Source: Ascidiella aspersa (taxonomy: Eukaryota). Taken from it: a stretch of DNA of 64,000 nucleotides. The notes beneath the pieces are model-generated. The model worked only from the letters and a program-made list of their open reading frames with translations, did no database searches and had not been told where the DNA came from. Made by a program: the position numbers and the translations under genes. The DNA is taken from the NCBI GenBank assembly GCA_963924565.1, contig OZ004610.1, positions 14,942,001-15,006,000 on the forward strand, given 5' to 3'. Below are positions 60,776-64,000 of this stretch, piece after piece. Numbering within the stretch: position 1 is the first letter of the stretch; each line of letters starts with the position of its first letter.

Positions 60776-63700
60776 ATTTTGCTCGGCTACCTTACTCGGC
60801 CAAAACCTGAGATACAGGGTCGTTGATGGTTGTCTTGAAATTATTAAAAGTTACCTTCACTTGTGCCTCTAAAAACTGTGTTAAAGATTTCAATTTTATA
60901 CTCATGTTTTGATGTTTTGACAACGATAAACCTAAAACTTAAGATATTATTTTTTTCCCGTATATCCGTCTTAATTAAGCAGTATTTCTTCGACATGAAA
61001 AGGTAAAACTTACATATATACACTTCCATAAATTGCGGCTGCTTTATGTATGTTGCGAATTTGACACCGAATAAAAAAAAAACATGTTGGGGAAGCATAG
61101 CTCCAGTACTTTCATACCACGCGAGATTATCGCAAGCGAAGCTGCTTGTAACGGCGACATCCCGACTTCCTCTGATCGTCTCTAAAACTTGTCAGCAAGT
61201 CAGGACCGGACGAAGTCACAGGCGCTGCCTTTATAGCGCGAAATGTCAATTACACCTATTGGAGAAGTGCTTCCTTTGCAAGCGGAGAGGAAGCACGAAA
61301 AACTATACTGGACGAGTGTATAGTAAAAAACTCATTGTCTGCCAATAAAGGCACTCGCCCAGTGGAAGTGCTCTAATCAGTGGAAGGCGTATATTCCCCA
61401 TTAACAAACCGCTCGGGAGGGGCAAGTTATCAAGTTACCAATTTTTTTACCTTGCAACGAGAAATCGCTGGTCGTTGCCGAAACGCCATAGAAAAAGTGA
61501 TAGCACAAGAGTTTGAGTGACACATGCATGTCAGGCCCAAGGGATGTTTTGCAACGAACTACAACTCGGTATCACTGTGGCACGTTGTCTGGTCCTTCAC
61601 AGAGGCGCGGGCCGACTGCGCTATTGCTCGGTGAGTATTTTTAAAGCACTTTACATGGAAATGTAAATCTTTTACGGTTAAACAAGGGCAATTCCGCAAG
61701 GGAATTTGCTTTGAAGTTGTAAAACAAAACGGCCATCAAATTTGATCACGTCCCTGTTCTTTGGTTGTGTTCTAGGACTTTGAAGATCCTTTTTTGTTTT
61801 ACAAATAAAACTCATATGCAACAGTTCAGGATTTCATGTAAAATTTTCTGAAGTGAGTTTTTTTTAAATACTACCTTGTATATTGTGTTGAAATTGCCAA
61901 TTATACCTAAAACCGCACCAAGAATGTGAACAACTGTAATTCATGGCATAGGCTATTCGATCATAACAAATATGGCTTTTGGGCGCTCGGAAAATTCTAG
62001 TTTGTCTGTGCAAACACGCCAAAAAAGGGAAATTTAAACCTAAACATGAGATGACAGCTTTTATCCGTCATCACGCACAAAGAGTGCATTGAGGGAAAAC
62101 GCGGCAACCACCAAAACCACAGGTTTGTATCGGCGCTGTATCAAATCCTGTTTCTAAAGAATAACTCCACCTCACAGAGTGCAACCTCATTTTCGACAGC
62201 ATTAAAAAAACAAAACAAATACAGTCCCAAGGCCGCCTATTAGGTTTGTCCCATCCACAACGCTGCTTTTCACAATGGATCACACGGGAAATAAGCGGTG
62301 GCTGGGGAGGGACAGGACCGCGAGTTTTGTCATTTGCATCCTGCCTGATAAAATTTCAATGCACTTTCTTTTGCTTGATTCGACCTGACAGTTTAATTTC
62401 GGCTCTCTTGCGACCGCGGCTGGACCAGGCGATATGCGCTCTTGCGGTCGGAGTTGCGATCGCACCATTTTCAGCTTCACGACCGTCATCGCTTTTCTAA
62501 TGCCGCACGCATGTATCGAGTTATTCGACAGACTTGGTCAGGGTGTCAGTTTTCGGGCTGCCACGCTGGATTGCAGAAACAATAGCGGCATTGAGTTCAT
62601 AATATTTTTAACGACGCGACACTTGCCTCGCTGGCGCTTCGCCATTTAGGTTGATCTCTTTATTGTTTTAAAAATGTATCATTACATCCGTTTCAAATCG
62701 TAAAAAAATCCATTTACCGTTACCATAAGGCTGTATATCCCTAATTAGTTTTAACTATGGTTTGCAAATACTTTAACATAAGCGTTCGATCGAAAAACTC
62801 AACAAAGGTAATTAAGGCAATCACATCACTAATTCGGGCAAATGTTAAAACAAACACGGTAAACGTTATATTTAAAAAAGCTATTATATAGAGGCCCGTT
62901 TAATCAAATTTACAGTGTTTTAACTTTTCTTTTAAGCCTTGACTGCCAACACCTAGGTGTTCCACGTAATGAATACAAATCCACTTAAACTACATATGGC
63001 GGTGGTAGATTATCAGCAGTATGGCGTAACAACATATAGGCCTAATTAAACGTTATAAAACAAGTCCTTGATAAGATAAAGCCTTTAAAGGTCATAAACA
63101 TCACGTCATTGAAGATGAGGCTGTGGTTATTGCCAACGTAAAATATTAACCGTTTTCAATAAAAAAATTCTAGGTCTTCGCTTTTTGCTATAGTGGTTAA
63201 TACTTAAACATTGAGTTGCTTGTAACGACCGCGCGCAATTTGTGGCTACATGAAGACATGTGTCTTTACCGGGAAATTCTATTGTTGCACTTATTCGAGT
63301 TTCCTCTTCATGTCTTTTTAAATAGACCTGTGCTTTATTAAGTTATCTAAAGTATACGCCGTCGTAGTTGTAGTTAGCAAACAACCAGTAACTGCATTTG
63401 AAACAAAGGTCCGCAAAGCGAACTACGAAGATGTCAGATATCTGCAATAACAGAAATAGTAAACGTAACAACGTCACCAAATAATATTTTTTTTGCGTTT
63501 TAGCTGACTCAAGCCTATCGTTTGTGGACGACCAATTTACTAATGGATTTGATGAACGGTTCGTTATTTGTAATCAAGTGTTAATCTCGTAGAGAAGTAA
63601 ATAATTGTTTATTCACAGAAGTATCACCGCAATAGTTTTAGGGCTAGCTAAATGCAAGTAGAACAGAGAGAAGTGGGATTACCCTTTTATGATGACAACA

Positions 63701-64000
63701 TATAGGCACAGTTGCCTCACAATAAAAACTGTTGGGACCCTTGGTTAGTAACAGTGCTAAATGCTACCTAAATGATGTTAAGGAATTTTCGACAGGTTTG
63801 GGAATTTAAAGCAGCATTTTTAGTTTTTTTTTCATTGTTGAAAAACAACAGTGTCGCACTCAAAGGTAGCCAATACATGTATAGGACCTTATCGTGGTGA
63901 ATTTGACAAACAATGCAAACGTGCGACACTAAAGCCAAAACACAGGCTATCAGCATCGGACTAATTTAAATGTATAAGAGATATATTAATTGACAGTTAC

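Noticed and set aside
61046-62650. GC-richer blocks with short ORFs and a donor-like cg|gtgagt at about 61630
   Set aside because: No phase-consistent coding chain or recognisable motif. It may be the 5' non-coding exon or enhancers of a neighbouring gene, but the evidence is insufficient to call.

Overview
AT-rich animal genomic DNA with compact, intron-rich genes. The style fits an invertebrate chordate such as an ascidian, but that is inference and cannot be confirmed here. I reconstructed four spliced genes by hand with GT-AG introns and consistent exon phases: (1) a GREB1/GREB1L-like gene on the minus strand, starting at 11217 and running off the left edge; (2) a 2-exon, 185-aa unidentified gene (+, 26244-26887); (3) a 21-exon delta-type ionotropic glutamate receptor (GluD/GRID-like; minus, 48524 to 27904; about 976 aa); (4) a 9-exon, about 1144-aa low-complexity protein with two RVxF-like motifs (+, 51773-60775). 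Non-coding DNA is dense with hAT-superfamily MITEs carrying 8-bp target-site duplications (TSDs). It also holds a frameshifted Buster-type hAT transposon, a Tip100-like hAT relic with a nested MITE, a BEL/Pao integrase relic, a 3.4-kb tandem duplication and a retro-like element with a central tRNA-like unit. The most unusual items are that tRNA-like element, the SYTANLAAH gate of the GluD, a 108-bp sequence shared between a GREB1 intron and the region behind the small gene, and the small gene's weak resemblance to the GREB1 N-terminal domain.
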